From Thecamonas trahens ATCC 50062 (lineage: Eukaryota; Protista; Apusomonadida): a DNA stretch of 64,000 bases. The position numbers and the translations under genes are program-made. The notes below the pieces were generated by a model that made no database searches, was not told the DNA's origin, and was given only the letters and a program-made list of their open reading frames with translations. The DNA lies in the NCBI RefSeq assembly GCF_000142905.1, contig NW_013657656.1, positions 282,991-346,990 of the forward strand. The letters run 5' to 3'. Below are positions 41,220-52,268 of this stretch, in pieces. How positions within the stretch are numbered: position 1 is the stretch's first letter; each line of letters begins with the position of its first letter.

Positions 41220-43103
41220 TTAGGATTGGGGTGAGGTGGCAACGATGAGAACATCGTTACCTGCGGTGGTCACCTCGCCTAGGAGCCGGCTGGTGGTGGG
41301 ATCGATGACACGGTGGTGTGCCCCAGGTGCGAGAGGGCTGATCACCTGATGGACGGCGAGGCCGCGGGCGCAGATGGCAGACTCTACAGCGCGAGCGTGC
41401 TTGGCACAAGCCTCGACTACCAACACCTCAATGGCAACATTGGCAAGCGCATGAAGGACCTCAAGCTCGTCGCCCTCGACGTCGACCTTGACCAGATCGT
41501 AGGTGATGGGAAGGTCGGCGGCGGCAAGCCAGGCGGCGAGATCGCCGATGAGCGGGGCGGCGACGATCTCGCCAGTAGTTGCGCTGCGGGACGACTCGGC
41601 AACGAGCGGTGTCGCATCGCGCCACAGGCCCTCGCCTTGAGTCCCTACGCCTGCAGCGACGTAGGTGAGGTCGAGGTTGATACCACAGTCGGTCTCGAAC
41701 ACAGCGTCGATGACAGGGACAGTGACGTCGCCGTCGGCCACGATACGCGGGGCCACCCGTGCCGGAGCAGCACCGAGCGCACTGGTGATGTTGGGCAAAA
41801 TGCAGCTGCCAGGCTTGGGAAGCGGCTCGATGCACACAGCGCGGCGCACGGCGTACTCGCTCGAGCGCAGGACATGGGCGGTGAAGAGTCCCACATTGGC
41901 GCCTATGTCCAGCATCGTGCCATGGAAAGCAGGTGCCGAGGTGATGGCTGGTCTGTACGCGTTGCGCATAACAATTTCCCAGTACAGAAACAGGCCCTCG
42001 TCCTCGGTCCCCTCCACAAAGCACAAATCGGCAAACGGAATCGGGCCCGTGGCGCTGGGAGGTGGATCAAACGGAGGCCGTGCTCCAGCAATGACATCAG
42101 TTGCGACGCCAACCGCAGCAGGGGAGATCATGCCGTCAACAAGGAGCGGATTGATGGCATCGAGTTGGGCACAAAGTCCCGCATTTGCACTCGGACTGAG
42201 CAGCCTGTCAGCGATAAGCTCCGGGAGCTGGGCGGCGGCATCGAGGGCGGGGACCGGGCGCCAGCGATTGAGCGAGATAGCCACGCCGATCTCGCTCACG
42301 GTATGGACCTGGTGCCACCACCGCGGCGGAACTACAAGCACGTCCCCAGGATGCAACATGAGCCAGATGCCGACCCTGTTGCTTCCTAGAGCGGTCGCCG
42401 ACGACCGCAGCTCGCCCCAGATGGTGGTGTCCTCGTACACGCCCGAGCGCCGAGGACGGACGTCCGGTGAGCCAGGCGCAAGCAGAAGCCAAGCTTTGGT
42501 GCCCGACAGCTGGGCCACCACATTGAAGCCGTAGGCGTCAGCATGCAGCGGTGTACCTGCCCCGTGGGTCGATGCCCAGAGCGCCATTCCCTCGCCGCGT
42601 TCCACGCCGTCCAGCCGATCGCCCAGCACCTCGGCCACGGCATCATACTCATGGCTAGGCAGGGCGTCGAGATGAATGTAGTCAGCGTACGCCCACTTTG
42701 CCGAGTCCTCGGCGTGTGCCTCCAGCGTGCTACGGACGTGGGCCATATCCACGCCGGTCGCCCGCGCAACAGCGAGCCGTGTCGGTGGCGGATCCAGCTC
42801 ACACAGGGCGAGGTTCCACTCTCGTGGCGGCCGCAGCATCGGCGTAAGCCCATCATCGTCATGTGGCAACGGCACTTTGACCCCAGTGTTGACCGATCGC
42901 GAGCCGAGAGCTTCCAGCAGCGGTCCTGTGTTCTCGAGCGGAGTCGCGCCGCCGCGAATGACGATCGGGAGTGACGGACCCAGCTCGCCACCATACGCCG
43001 ACGTCCACAACTCCGATGGCGACATCCCATCTGCCACAACCTCATCCACCACACCACCGAGTGCTTGAGTCTCGGATGCGGCCGTGGTAATCGTTGCCGC
43101 CAT
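41220..43103 (-). CDS. JmjC (HSPBAP1-like) 2OG/Fe oxygenase fused to an FkbM-family methyltransferase
   Basis: TPLHADAYG...GTKAW...PGDVLVVPPRWWHQV (HxD..H), then LDIGANVGLF, IEPLP, LVKVDVEGDELEVL. Confidence 0.82.
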   Translation of the reverse strand: MAATITTAASETQALGGVVDEVVADGMSPSELWTSAYGGELGPSLPIVIRGGATPLENTGPLLEALGSRSVNTGVKVPLPHDDDGLTPMLRPPREWNLALCELDPPPTRLAVARATGVDMAHVRSTLEAHAEDSAKWAYADYIHLDALPSHEYDAVAEVLGDRLDGVERGEGMALWASTHGAGTPLHADAYGFNVVAQLSGTKAWLLLAPGSPDVRPRRSGVYEDTTIWGELRSSATALGSNRVGIWLMLHPGDVLVVPPRWWHQVHTVSEIGVAISLNRWRPVPALDAAAQLPELIADRLLSPSANAGLCAQLDAINPLLVDGMISPAAVGVATDVIAGARPPFDPPPSATGPIPFADLCFVEGTEDEGLFLYWEIVMRNAYRPAITSAPAFHGTMLDIGANVGLFTAHVLRSSEYAVRRAVCIEPLPKPGSCILPNITSALGAAPARVAPRIVADGDVTVPVIDAVFETDCGINLDLTYVAAGVGTQGEGLWRDATPLVAESSRSATTGEIVAAPLIGDLAAWLAAADLPITYDLVKVDVEGDELEVLHALANVAIEVLVVEACAKHARAVESAICARGLAVHQVISPLAPGAHHRVIDPTTSRLLGEVTTAGNDVLIVATSPQS

Positions 43104-43359
43104 GGCTTGCGATCAAGAGACGAGTGTGACCGCTGCCGCTCAAGCGATCGGGATAGAGGGAAGGATGGTACTCATCCAAGTTGTGCGGCAGGACATGGCT
43201 ATGACTCTGCAGTGATCTGGTTGGTGTGGTGCTCTCCACTCGCGGATCGGGCCAATCGAAGGCGGCGTCGTTTGCAGACTTGGCGACGTCAGCAGCGCCA
43301 GGGCGGCCGATTCTGTCTGGCCTTGTTGCACTTGTCGGTACGCACGGTAATTGCTGACC

Positions 43360-44358
43360 ATGGCAACGAATACAGACACTGGCGCAACCAACGCGATGGA
43401 GAGTCTCCGGCATGGTCTGGTAGTGATCAAGGCCAATAGTGGTGTGGCTTGGGAGGTGGGCGTCGGCGCTTGGGTGACGAGCGAGTCGTTTCCGGTCTGG
43501 CATTCGACGGTGATCGAGGGCTGTCCGCCGAGTGCGGCACAGGTGGACCTGCTACAGATGCAGGGGAAAGCGATAGATGTGTGGGCGAAGGAGGCTGCTG
43601 GCGACGGTGCTCTGGCGGTGATCAATGGCATGCAGTCCAACTACTATCATGGGTATCAGTTTGCTGTGGTCGATGGCATCGCTCTCCGGCCGCCAAGCTA
43701 CGCAGACAAGCCGCAGTTCTCACTCGCGCCACAAGATCTTGTGGCCGGCGACATGGACCCATTCTTTTGGGTTTTTGAGACGTGCTCCACACCAGGCCTG
43801 GTGCGGGTCGAGGTCGATGCTGACGCCGGTGGAGTTGTAAGCGAGGTGAGCAGCGGACGTGTGATTGAGAGCGGGTTGACCGTAATGCCGCTGGTGGTCG
43901 ACTCGGCCGACGCGAGCGACGGCATCCACCATGTTGATCCGAGGGCGGAGCGCGTCGGCCCTAACAGTGTCATGTGGCAGAAGCCGCGGTCTGCTGCGTT
44001 TTCTGTCATCGGCGTCGACAGCAGTGGCCGGGTCGTCACGTTTTGCGTGCTGGAGCCAGTGACAGTAGCCGAGCTCGTCGTGCGACTGCTCGACGCGGGC
44101 ATGGAATGTGCGGGCTTGCTTGGCGGCTCGGCTGACGTGGGCCTGTGGACAGCCGACTGCGGGGTGCTGGCCGATGCCGAGGTAACTGCCCGATGGGCCG
44201 GCATCGATGGTGCGGCACGCGAGCCGCTCTCTGAGGGCGAGCTGGTGGTAGCACAGGCGGACGCAGGCTCCAAGCGGGTCGGAGAGACCAAGCGCAAGCT
44301 CAACATGGCGCTCATACTGCGGCGCACAGGTGTCACTACTCATGGCGAACGAGAATGA
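43360..44358 (+). CDS. Possible phosphodiester glycosidase (NAGPA/DUF2233)-like protein; 5' end uncertain
   Basis: AVING, PRSAAFSVIGVDSSG, TVAELVVRLLDAGMECAGLLGGSA resemble the DUF2233 motifs PRTAIG and LDGGGS. Confidence 0.5.
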   Translation: MATNTDTGATNAMESLRHGLVVIKANSGVAWEVGVGAWVTSESFPVWHSTVIEGCPPSAAQVDLLQMQGKAIDVWAKEAAGDGALAVINGMQSNYYHGYQFAVVDGIALRPPSYADKPQFSLAPQDLVAGDMDPFFWVFETCSTPGLVRVEVDADAGGVVSEVSSGRVIESGLTVMPLVVDSADASDGIHHVDPRAERVGPNSVMWQKPRSAAFSVIGVDSSGRVVTFCVLEPVTVAELVVRLLDAGMECAGLLGGSADVGLWTADCGVLADAEVTARWAGIDGAAREPLSEGELVVAQADAGSKRVGETKRKLNMALILRRTGVTTHGERE

Positions 44359-45364
44359 CCGGGATTTCGCCGTCGTAGTCGGAGGCTGCGGCCGATGACG
44401 CCGCAGCCGACGGCGAGACCGAGAGCTGTGAGCGTGCGGTACGCGAGGTGGTGGAGCGCGGCGCCCGTGGCGACGGGATCACCGCTGATGTAGGCAGGCG
44501 GACAAAGTCGGCAGCGAGGGCGACGTTGGCAGACACATCCGGTGGCGGCTCAAAGTGGCGGCGAGTGCGCGAGAGGATCTTGGACGGCTTACGGGCGGCT
44601 CGCTGTGGTGAGGCATGGTGGCGGTCAGGCGAGGCGTCGACAACCAACGGTTCCTCGTAACCCGGCGGGACAACGACAGACACAATCTTAGGGGCCATGA
44701 TGACCTTTGTGTGGCGCATCATTCGCTGCAGCTGAACGCGAAGGCGTTCGTCATCGGTGTGCGGCCGCAAATTCCGTGAGAATTTTGTCTGTGCCTCCCG
44801 CTCGCGCTCCTTGGCGGCCTGCTCCTTGATGCGCTTCTTGGCGGCTTGAATGACCGCATCGCGCGACCTTCGTTCATCGGCGTCGACCGCGTTGATGTTC
44901 TTGGTGTGAATGGTCCATGGTTTGGCATGCTGTGCCACAGAGTGATCTCCAGCCTTGCCATCTGTGGTACCTTTTTGCTTCTCCACCTTGTTGCCATCCG
45001 TCTGTCTCTTTCTCCTGGCAGTTCGTGCGCGGGAGGAAGAGGTCCGTCTCCTTGCCCGACGAGCAGAGGAGCGGTCTTTGGCTGAGACCGAGCCAGCCAC
45101 GGCGATTGAAGTACGAACAGCGGCAGCAGCACGCGCATCGACCTCTTTCTCAGCTCGTGACGCCGCAGCACGGGCAGCAGCAGCAGATCGAGCCCTTGCC
45201 TTTGCCCTTGCCCTCGCCGCAGCATCTGCCCCAGCCCGCCACTGCTCCTCCTCTGCCTTGAGTGCACGCAGTGCACAGTAAAAGGCTCCTGACCGAGTAC
45301 GCTGCTCTGCCGTGGAGGCTAGTGTCGACTTTCCTGGTCCGTGACCCTGCCCTCGGCTTCGCAT
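44336..45364 (-). CDS. Hypothetical basic coiled-coil protein
   Basis: ORF from the ATG at 45364; family not recognised. Confidence 0.5.
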   Translation of the reverse strand: MRSRGQGHGPGKSTLASTAEQRTRSGAFYCALRALKAEEEQWRAGADAAARARAKARARSAAAARAAASRAEKEVDARAAAAVRTSIAVAGSVSAKDRSSARRARRRTSSSRARTARRKRQTDGNKVEKQKGTTDGKAGDHSVAQHAKPWTIHTKNINAVDADERRSRDAVIQAAKKRIKEQAAKEREREAQTKFSRNLRPHTDDERLRVQLQRMMRHTKVIMAPKIVSVVVPPGYEEPLVVDASPDRHHASPQRAARKPSKILSRTRRHFEPPPDVSANVALAADFVRLPTSAVIPSPRAPRSTTSRTARSQLSVSPSAAASSAAASDYDGEIPVILVRHE

Positions 45365-45658
45365 GGCTGGGCGGGAAGGGCGGGGAGTTGGGAGGGGACG
45401 GTGAGCGTGGGCGTTAAGTGGTTGGCTGCCAGCGAGTGGCAGTTTGCGGGAAAGCCGGAGCGGTGGCAAGGGCCGGAGGGGAACGAGCGGATCGGAACTG
45501 ATCGAGGCGGTGGGTGTTTGAAATGGTGTGTTCTAGATGGAGATCGGGTGGCGGGGTAAGCTTAGGTGGTCGTGGGTGGTCGTGGGGTGGCCATGGGAGC
45601 GACGTCATCTTCGGCCGGTGCATCACATGGACGAGGGCATGGTTGGGCAGCGGCTAGA

Positions 45659-46390
45659 CTACGACGAGGAAGGGCTGGTGGAAAGAGCTTGCGCGACAAT
45701 GCGGAGGATGGAGAGCGACTCGATGCCGGCCTGGGTGGAGGCGATGGTGGTCGAGTCGTAGCCAAGAGCACTCAGCATGCTCTGGACCTCGGGCGGATCG
45801 TTCTCGGCCAACAGTAGCAGGTAGGCGACGCCATCGGGCGCCAGCAGCGATAGCCAGTGCGGCAGAGCTTGGTCGAGAACCTCGCGCCCGCGGATGCCTC
45901 CGGCCCAGGACGCCACGATGCCGTCAGAGGCGATCTCCTCTGTTGGTGTCGGCACGTACGGCGGGTTGAACAACAGCACGTGGGCAAGCTGGCCGACCTC
46001 TGGCGCAAGATCCTGACGCGCATCAGCCTGGACACACTGGAGCGAGTCGGCTGGCAGGCCCGATGCGTCCCATGTCGTCCGCGTCGCCTCGAGAGCGACG
46101 GAGTTGACGTCGACGGCAATGTACGCCGGCGGCGCCGCAGCATCCTCGCCGATGCCCATGGCCACACCAGCCAGAACAAAGCCTGATCCCGCACCCAGTT
46201 CTAAAACTGTCAGCGGAGCGCCAGGCGGAGGCAGATAGCTCGCCACGTCGGCGAGGACGCTGTCGAGGAGCAGGAAAGAGTCCTCCGAAGGCGGATACAC
46301 GTTCTCCTTGAATGACGAGTTGGTGAAGAGATGCGAGTACTCGGGCTCCACCCCGCCTGTCACACTCCTGCCTACTCTCTCGTCGGTCAT
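45659..46390 (-). CDS. N6AMT1: HemK2/N6AMT1 (Mtq2) eRF1 glutamine methyltransferase
   Basis: VYPPSEDSFLLLD, ELGAGSG, FNPPYVPT, WAGGIRGREV. Confidence 0.92.
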   Translation of the reverse strand: MTDERVGRSVTGGVEPEYSHLFTNSSFKENVYPPSEDSFLLLDSVLADVASYLPPPGAPLTVLELGAGSGFVLAGVAMGIGEDAAAPPAYIAVDVNSVALEATRTTWDASGLPADSLQCVQADARQDLAPEVGQLAHVLLFNPPYVPTPTEEIASDGIVASWAGGIRGREVLDQALPHWLSLLAPDGVAYLLLLAENDPPEVQSMLSALGYDSTTIASTQAGIESLSILRIVAQALSTSPSSS

Positions 46391-46798
46391 TAGCGGTGAG
46401 TGGGTCGAGTGGTCTGGTTGGCCTGCCCTCGCTCTCGCGCTCGCACTCGCCCTCGCCGTCGTTCCATCGGATGTGAGTGAGTCGTCGGTCAACCGGGCGG
46501 GTGTCCGTCACCCTCAGTCACCCGAGCGGAAGACGCAGCCACACATCCACTCATCGACCATAGCCATCAACTAGGTAATGGTGGCTGTGTGTTGATCAGA
46601 TAAGATCGGGACGTGTTGGGAGTCTGGGTAAGGTGGTGGCGGTATCCACGTACCTACCCCCCTACCCCCCCCCCCCCGCCGCCCGCCAGCGGAAGTGTCA
46701 GTGGAAGGCACAGGCACTAGCCATGTTCCACCCCGTCACCCACCCCACTCTGTCTCCCCCACCCCCACCCCCACAAGTCGTTCCCCCTCATCGCCGTG

Positions 46799-46965
46799 AT
46801 GGCGCGTACTCCAGAGGAAGTGTATGTTGTCGAATAAGAGAGGGAGGGAGAGGGTGGGGGGTGGAGGGGAGGTGGGGGGAAGCGGGTGACCTGACACAGG
46901 TCGCTCATGGTGGCATGATGTTCATGAACGATGGCATAGTCATAGAGAAGGGATAGGAAGGGGGG

Positions 46966-47011
<46 letters not shown>

Positions 47012-49525
47012 GCATACTTACTGGTGAGAGGCTATGATATGTATGTGTGTATGTATGTATGTATGGCGGGGGGTTGTGGCTGGCTGGCTGGCTGGCGGAG
47101 GGGAATAGGCGGGAGTACGCAAAGCAACTCGTGCTTCGATTTAATGGACAGCTGCTGGAAGGGTGTGAGGATGAGGCCTGTCGCAATCCAGAGTGTGCGA
47201 GGAATGCTGCAGAGCCATACTCGCCCAATACAGCCTTTACTACGGCTCTTGATATGGCTAGGCGTCCCGAGCCGGAGCAGTTCCTCTGCCCAGAGTACAA
47301 TGCCGCCCATCCATCGCCGGGGAAGGAAGAGGTTGATGAAGAAGAAGACGAGGCAGAAGAGGCTGGACTCTCGCTGATGGAGCGGATGGCCACTGGAGAG
47401 CCGCTGGAAATCGATTTGGATACCAGCCCGATGTTGGCCTCGCTGGCGCCGCTGCTGGCACCGCATGAGGACGACGGCGCGCCCGAGGTTGTTGATCCCA
47501 CCCCGGGCTCCGACTCGGCAGCTATTGTCTCGCGGACCGTTGTTCTTCACCGTCAAGAGGTCAAGCCGGAAGAACTGTCGCTGACGCTGGAGAGCCTGCG
47601 CGAGTCGCTTGCGGCGGCAGCGGCGGCCGGTGAGTACACCCAGCTCATCCGCCGGCTGCGGCAGGTGTTTGGCTCGACAAGCTTGCTGGGCGCGGCCTTT
47701 CTTGCCCCCGGGACAGACAACGCCAACGCTGACGAGTGGGGCACGGTGCTCGATGAAGTGACGGCGGCGTACGAAGCGTTGTACGCGGTGGACGAGCCGA
47801 TGGTGGCGACGGCGGTGCGGCAGGCGGCCGAGTACCTGATGATCGACCAGGCGGTGGCGGCACCGATGCTGCGATCACACATCGAGCTGCGTCAGTTTGT
47901 GATTGTCCTGCTCAACCCGTACCTGCTCGACGAGGATGCAGCGAACTTGCTGCGCAAGACCGCGCTTGCCGTGGCATCACTGTCCGACGCCCTCAAGCAG
48001 GTCCTCGTCCGCTGGTTCGCCGCCTGGCCACGTCGCCACCTCTCGAACCTGGTAGCCACGCTCCAGTCATTTGTCCTCCTTCGCTCGGTCTCGGTCCCCT
48101 CGCTCAACCCGCACACTGACGTGCCGATTATCTCGGTGGTCAAGATTCTCGCGCTCACCCACGCGGGCAACGAGCGGCGGGCGAACGCGTGGCGCGAGGC
48201 CCGGCTTGGTGAGCTTAGCGACGACGCCGCTCCCCTGCCACTCACCGACTTTTACAACGACACCGTCAACGGGCATGACTTTCTGGATCTGGTGCAGGAC
48301 TACGAGACGTGGATTAACTCGTCGGGCGGTGAGTTCTCGTTTTGCGCCTACCCGTTCCTCCTCGACGCCGCCACCAAGGCTGACATTGTCTTTCTCGAGT
48401 CGGAGCTCCAAATGCGGCAGGAGGGCCGCCGCGCCATGATCCAGTCGATTTTGTCGGGCCCGGTCTCGCCCTATCTGGTCCTGTGTCCGGCGCGACAACA
48501 TCATCGAGGACACGCTCAACCAGCTGGCGCGGTACCCAAACGACATGAAGAAGGAGATGAAGGTCAAGTTTGTTGGCGAGGAAGGCGTCGACGAAGGCGG
48601 CGTCCGCAAGGAGTTCTTCCAGGTCATCGTCCGCGAGCTCTTTGACGCCCGGTTCGGCATGTTTGCCTTTGACGAGGAGACCGGCTCGTACTACTTTAAC
48701 CCGGCCAGCCTCGAGGGGGAGCGCGAGTTCAAGCTCTGCGGCATCGTCCTTGGCCTCGCCATCTACAACAAGGTCATCATCGACATGCACTTTCCACGGG
48801 TCGTCTACAACCGGCTCTGCGGGCTCACTCCAAACCTCGCAGACCTCATCGACGCCATGCCAGCCGTCGGGCGCAACCTCAAGTACATCCGCGACGAGTT
48901 TGACGGCGACTACGCCGACCTCGCACTGTTCTTCGAGTACGAGTATGACAACTTTGGCCAGGTCGTCACCGTCGAGCTCTGTGATGGCGGCTCGGAGCGG
49001 GCGGTGACCGCCGACAACGTCGCCGAGTACGTCGATCGCTACGTCCGGTACGTTCTCGTCGATGCGGTCGAGGCCCAGTTTGGCGCCTTTGCCGAAGGCT
49101 TCCGCTCGGTCGTCGGCTCGGATGCGCCGCATGCCGCCGTCTCGCTCTTTGCGCCGTCAGAGCTCGAGCTCCTCATCTGTGGCTCGGAAGAGCTCGACTT
49201 TACCGCTCTCGAGGAGGTGACTCGCTACGAGGGCTTTGACGACAATGACCCGACGGTCCGCGCCTTTTGGGAAGTTGTCCACGAGTTTGACGTCGAGATG
49301 AAGAAGAAGCTCCTGTTCTTCACCACCGGCTCGGACCGGGTGCCCATCAAAGGCCTCAAGGCGCTCAACTTTGTCGTCATGCGCGCTGGTGGCGACTCGG
49401 ATCGGCTGCCGACCTCGCACACTTGCTACAACACCATCCTCCTTCCGCCGTACGAGTCCAAGGACAAGCTCCGTACCCTGCTCATCAAGGCCCTCTCAAA
49501 CGCCGAGGGCTTTGGCATGCTCTGA
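46799..49525 (+). CDS. UBE3A: HECT E3 ligase UBE3A/E6AP-like (intron 46822-47108; apparent frameshift near 48484)
   Basis: N-terminal AZUL zinc motif QLLEGCEDEACRNPEC; FSFCAYPF; HECT domain GEEGVDEGGVRKEFF...LPTSHTCYN...EGFGML. Confidence 0.9.
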
Positions 49526-49540
49526 GCCCCGTCGCCGGCC

Positions 49541-50224
49541 TCACCGCTCCGACTCGCGCATCTCGGCATCGTACTCTTCAGGGCTCAGCCGGCCGTCCCA
49601 CAGCCCACCGATGTCGTACTCGGCGTCGGCAGCCTCAGTCATAAAGTGAATGAGCACTTCGCCAGTGTCCAGGACCCACCAGTCTCCGCGCGAGCCCGGT
49701 CGTTGCAGGAGCGCCGTCCCAACCTGCGGGTACGGCCGCCGCTTGAGCTGCGCGTGCGCCGAGCGGGCCAGCGCCGCCACGTGCCGCTTCGACTTGCCCA
49801 CCGTCACCACTAGATGCTCGACAACATCCAGCGAGTCACCGACATCAAAGACTTGCACCTTGCCGCCAGCCTCGTCCAGCATCGCCGCCACCGCATCGAC
49901 CGGCAGCCGAAGGCTCTCTAGCGCCTCTTCCAGCCGCCCGCTTGTCTTGGCTTCATCCAGCGCCGCAGCCTGTTCCGCAAGTACCTGGTCCAGCGCAGCA
50001 GCCGCAGAGCCCCTCACTGCCTTGCCCCTTGTCGCCTCGTCCGCTCCTGCCTCATGGCCAGCCTCCACATCGGCCACGTCCTCGGTCAGCGCCTCGGCCT
50101 CCAGCAGCTCCTTGAGCCCCTCGAGCGGGTTGCGGCCGCTCGGGCCCTTGTCCAGTCTCCAGGCAGCAGCCATCAACCCCCGCCCGCATGTCGTCTGCAC
50201 CGTCCTCTGCCAGAGCCGAAGCAT
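49541..50224 (-). CDS. Ribosome silencing factor RsfS/Iojap (MALSU1-like), probably mitochondrial
   Basis: VVTVGKSKRHV, DWWVLDTGEVLIHFMT...YDIGGLW; Arg-rich transit-peptide-like N-terminus. Confidence 0.85.
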   Translation of the reverse strand: MLRLWQRTVQTTCGRGLMAAAWRLDKGPSGRNPLEGLKELLEAEALTEDVADVEAGHEAGADEATRGKAVRGSAAAALDQVLAEQAAALDEAKTSGRLEEALESLRLPVDAVAAMLDEAGGKVQVFDVGDSLDVVEHLVVTVGKSKRHVAALARSAHAQLKRRPYPQVGTALLQRPGSRGDWWVLDTGEVLIHFMTEAADAEYDIGGLWDGRLSPEEYDAEMRESER

Positions 50225-50725
50225 GGTGTGGAAGTGGAGTCGAGTGAGCGAGCGGGAGGCGTAGCGGAGGCTGTGCCGCGTCGGGTTGGGTTGGACCGCG
50301 GGCTGACCACTCACCACCACCTGTCATCCCTGGGCATGCATAACACAGTAGTTTTGAGCCCGATTCTAACCCAATAGCACAATCACATCAATTGGCAGTG
50401 ATCTGTGAAGTTTGATATGTATCTGTGCTGGTGAGGGCGGGCACAAGGCAGAGTCCGATCCCTTGACTTTGAACAAGCAGCGGACATCTTTGATCTCTCC
50501 TTGCAAGCAGAACACAGCATTTCCGATAGCTATTTCCGACGCAATAGTACATCCACATCATGTAGAAGTCATGTGTGAAGTTTGGCATGTATGCGTGATG
50601 CTGGTTGCCTGTACAAGGCAATCGCCCAACGCGACCAGCCACTTCCCGCAACACGCCACCCGAGCCAGGGGACACGATCGTACACACTCGACTATTGCCC
50701 TCCTTCCCGCCCTTCCTCCTGAGCC

Positions 50726-52027
50726 ATGTCACGAACGACGGCAGCTGTGAACCTTCAGGTACTCCAACGAGCTGATCCTGGAGTTGTATCAGTTCTTGGT
50801 AGCGCCTCTCATGTTGCAATCTATGACTATGATGAGGATGAGGGAGCATGGGAGCGTGCTGGTATCGAGGGCTCGCTCTTTCTGGTTAGTCGCTCCTCTG
50901 CGCCCTTTGCCACAATGGTGGTCATCAACAAAAAGTCGCCGACCAACCTGAGCCAGCCGCTCTTCCCGGGCATGGAAGTGCAGTTCTCCGAGCCGTATGT
51001 ACTCTACCGGACAGAGGAGGACGACATTTACGGTATGTGGTTTGCAGACGCTACAGAGCGTGACCAGCTCCTCCATGTCATCCATTCTTGCCTCGAACAA
51101 ATCTCCGCCAACGCTCCCGCCACCGCCGCCGCCACCGCCTCGCCAGCTCCCGCCCTCGCTCCCGCTGCCCACAACCCGCAGGCCGTCATGTACAATGCCC
51201 AGGCTCTGCAGCTGCAGCAGCAGCAGCAGCAGTATGCCCAGATGCAGGCCCACGCCCACGCCCAAGCCCAGGCCCGTGCTCAGGCTCAGGCCCAAGCCCA
51301 GGCTCAGGCCCATGCCCAAGCCCAGGCCCAGGCTCAGGCTCAGGCTCAGGCCCAGGCTCAGGCTCAGGCTCAGGCTCAGGCCCAGGCTCAGGCTCGCGCT
51401 CAGGCACAGGCACAAGCACAAGCACAGGCCCAAGCGATGCGGATGCAGAGCCAGGCGCACGCTGCGCCGATGTCCGCTGCTGCATTGGAGGCGCAGATGC
51501 AGCAGTACAACGCCATGCTCAAGATGCAGGCTAGCGGCACAGCTGGTGCTGCGGCTGGCGCTACAGGAGGATATGGTGGCCCTGATGGCAGTGCGCAGCC
51601 GCCGCAGGCTGCAGGATGGACGCCGGTGGCAGTGACAGACCTCTTTGCCGCCGCTGGCTCGCTGCAGACGGCACCGGTGCCCAAGACGCCAATCTCGGCG
51701 CCACCGCTCGGCACCGCTGCCGCTGCGCCGGCCTTCCCGCCCGAGCCGATCCCGGAGCCGGCGAGCATCAGCAAGTTTGAGATGCTCTCGCTGCTGCAAA
51801 AGGGGGCGACGGCGGCGTCAGGCGACGGCTCGACGTCGATCTCAGGCCTCGCCGCCAAGCAGGCCGCCAACCCGGTCGCTTTTGCGCCCGGCAGCCAAGC
51901 CGCCACGCCCGTCGTCGCTGGCCTCACCCGCGACCAGCTTCGTGACGCACTCATCCGCCTCGTCAACAACGCCTCGTTCCTCGACATGCTTTACAACGAC
52001 TACCTCCGCTCGACGTCGTCAGCATGA
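50726..52027 (+). CDS. DCP1: mRNA decapping activator DCP1
   Basis: [27 protein letters not shown]1 domain; C-terminal trimerisation motif [27 protein letters not shown]. Confidence 0.9.
   Translation: MSRTTAAVNLQVLQRADPGVVSVLGSASHVAIYDYDEDEGAWERAGIEGSLFLVSRSSAPFATMVVINKKSPTNLSQPLFPGMEVQFSEPYVLYRTEEDDIYGMWFADATERDQLLHVIHSCLEQISANAPATAAATASPAPALAPAAHNPQAVMYNAQALQLQQQQQQYAQMQAHAHAQAQARAQAQAQAQAQAHAQAQAQAQAQAQAQAQAQAQAQAQAQARAQAQAQAQAQAQAMRMQSQAHAAPMSAAALEAQMQQYNAMLKMQASGTAGAAAGATGGYGGPDGSAQPPQAAGWTPVAVTDLFAAAGSLQTAPVPKTPISAPPLGTAAAAPAFPPEPIPEPASISKFEMLSLLQKGATAASGDGSTSISGLAAKQAANPVAFAPGSQAATPVVAGLTRDQLRDALIRLVNNASFLDMLYNDYLRSTSSA
51245..51435 (+). repeat. (CAGGCN)n hexamer repeat encoding poly-QA in DCP1
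   Basis: About 30 QA-type dipeptides. Confidence 0.9.
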
Positions 52028-52268
52028 CCATCGACCCATGGCTCCCCTTAGATCCGGGAGATAAACCTTTCGGTGCTGGTGTCCTAGCCACCCCCCCCCC
52101 ACATTTACCCGAATGCCAGTCCTACGCTTCAGGCACATCTCTCGCTCTGCCAGCATCGTCATGGTCGTATTCGTCGTCATCATGTCGTCGACCCAACTCC
52201 CCAACTCCGCCACCTGGAACCAGGCAGACCCTTGCCCTTGTCCCACGCCACACCTAACTACAGGGATT

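Noticed and set aside
48478-48495. Frameshift between the UBE3A N-terminal region and the HECT domain (programmed frameshift or split gene?)
   Set aside because: Restoring one GT in ctgtgt(gt)ccgg gives the conserved YLVLxVRRDNIIED; no slippery heptamer is present, so a sequencing error is most likely
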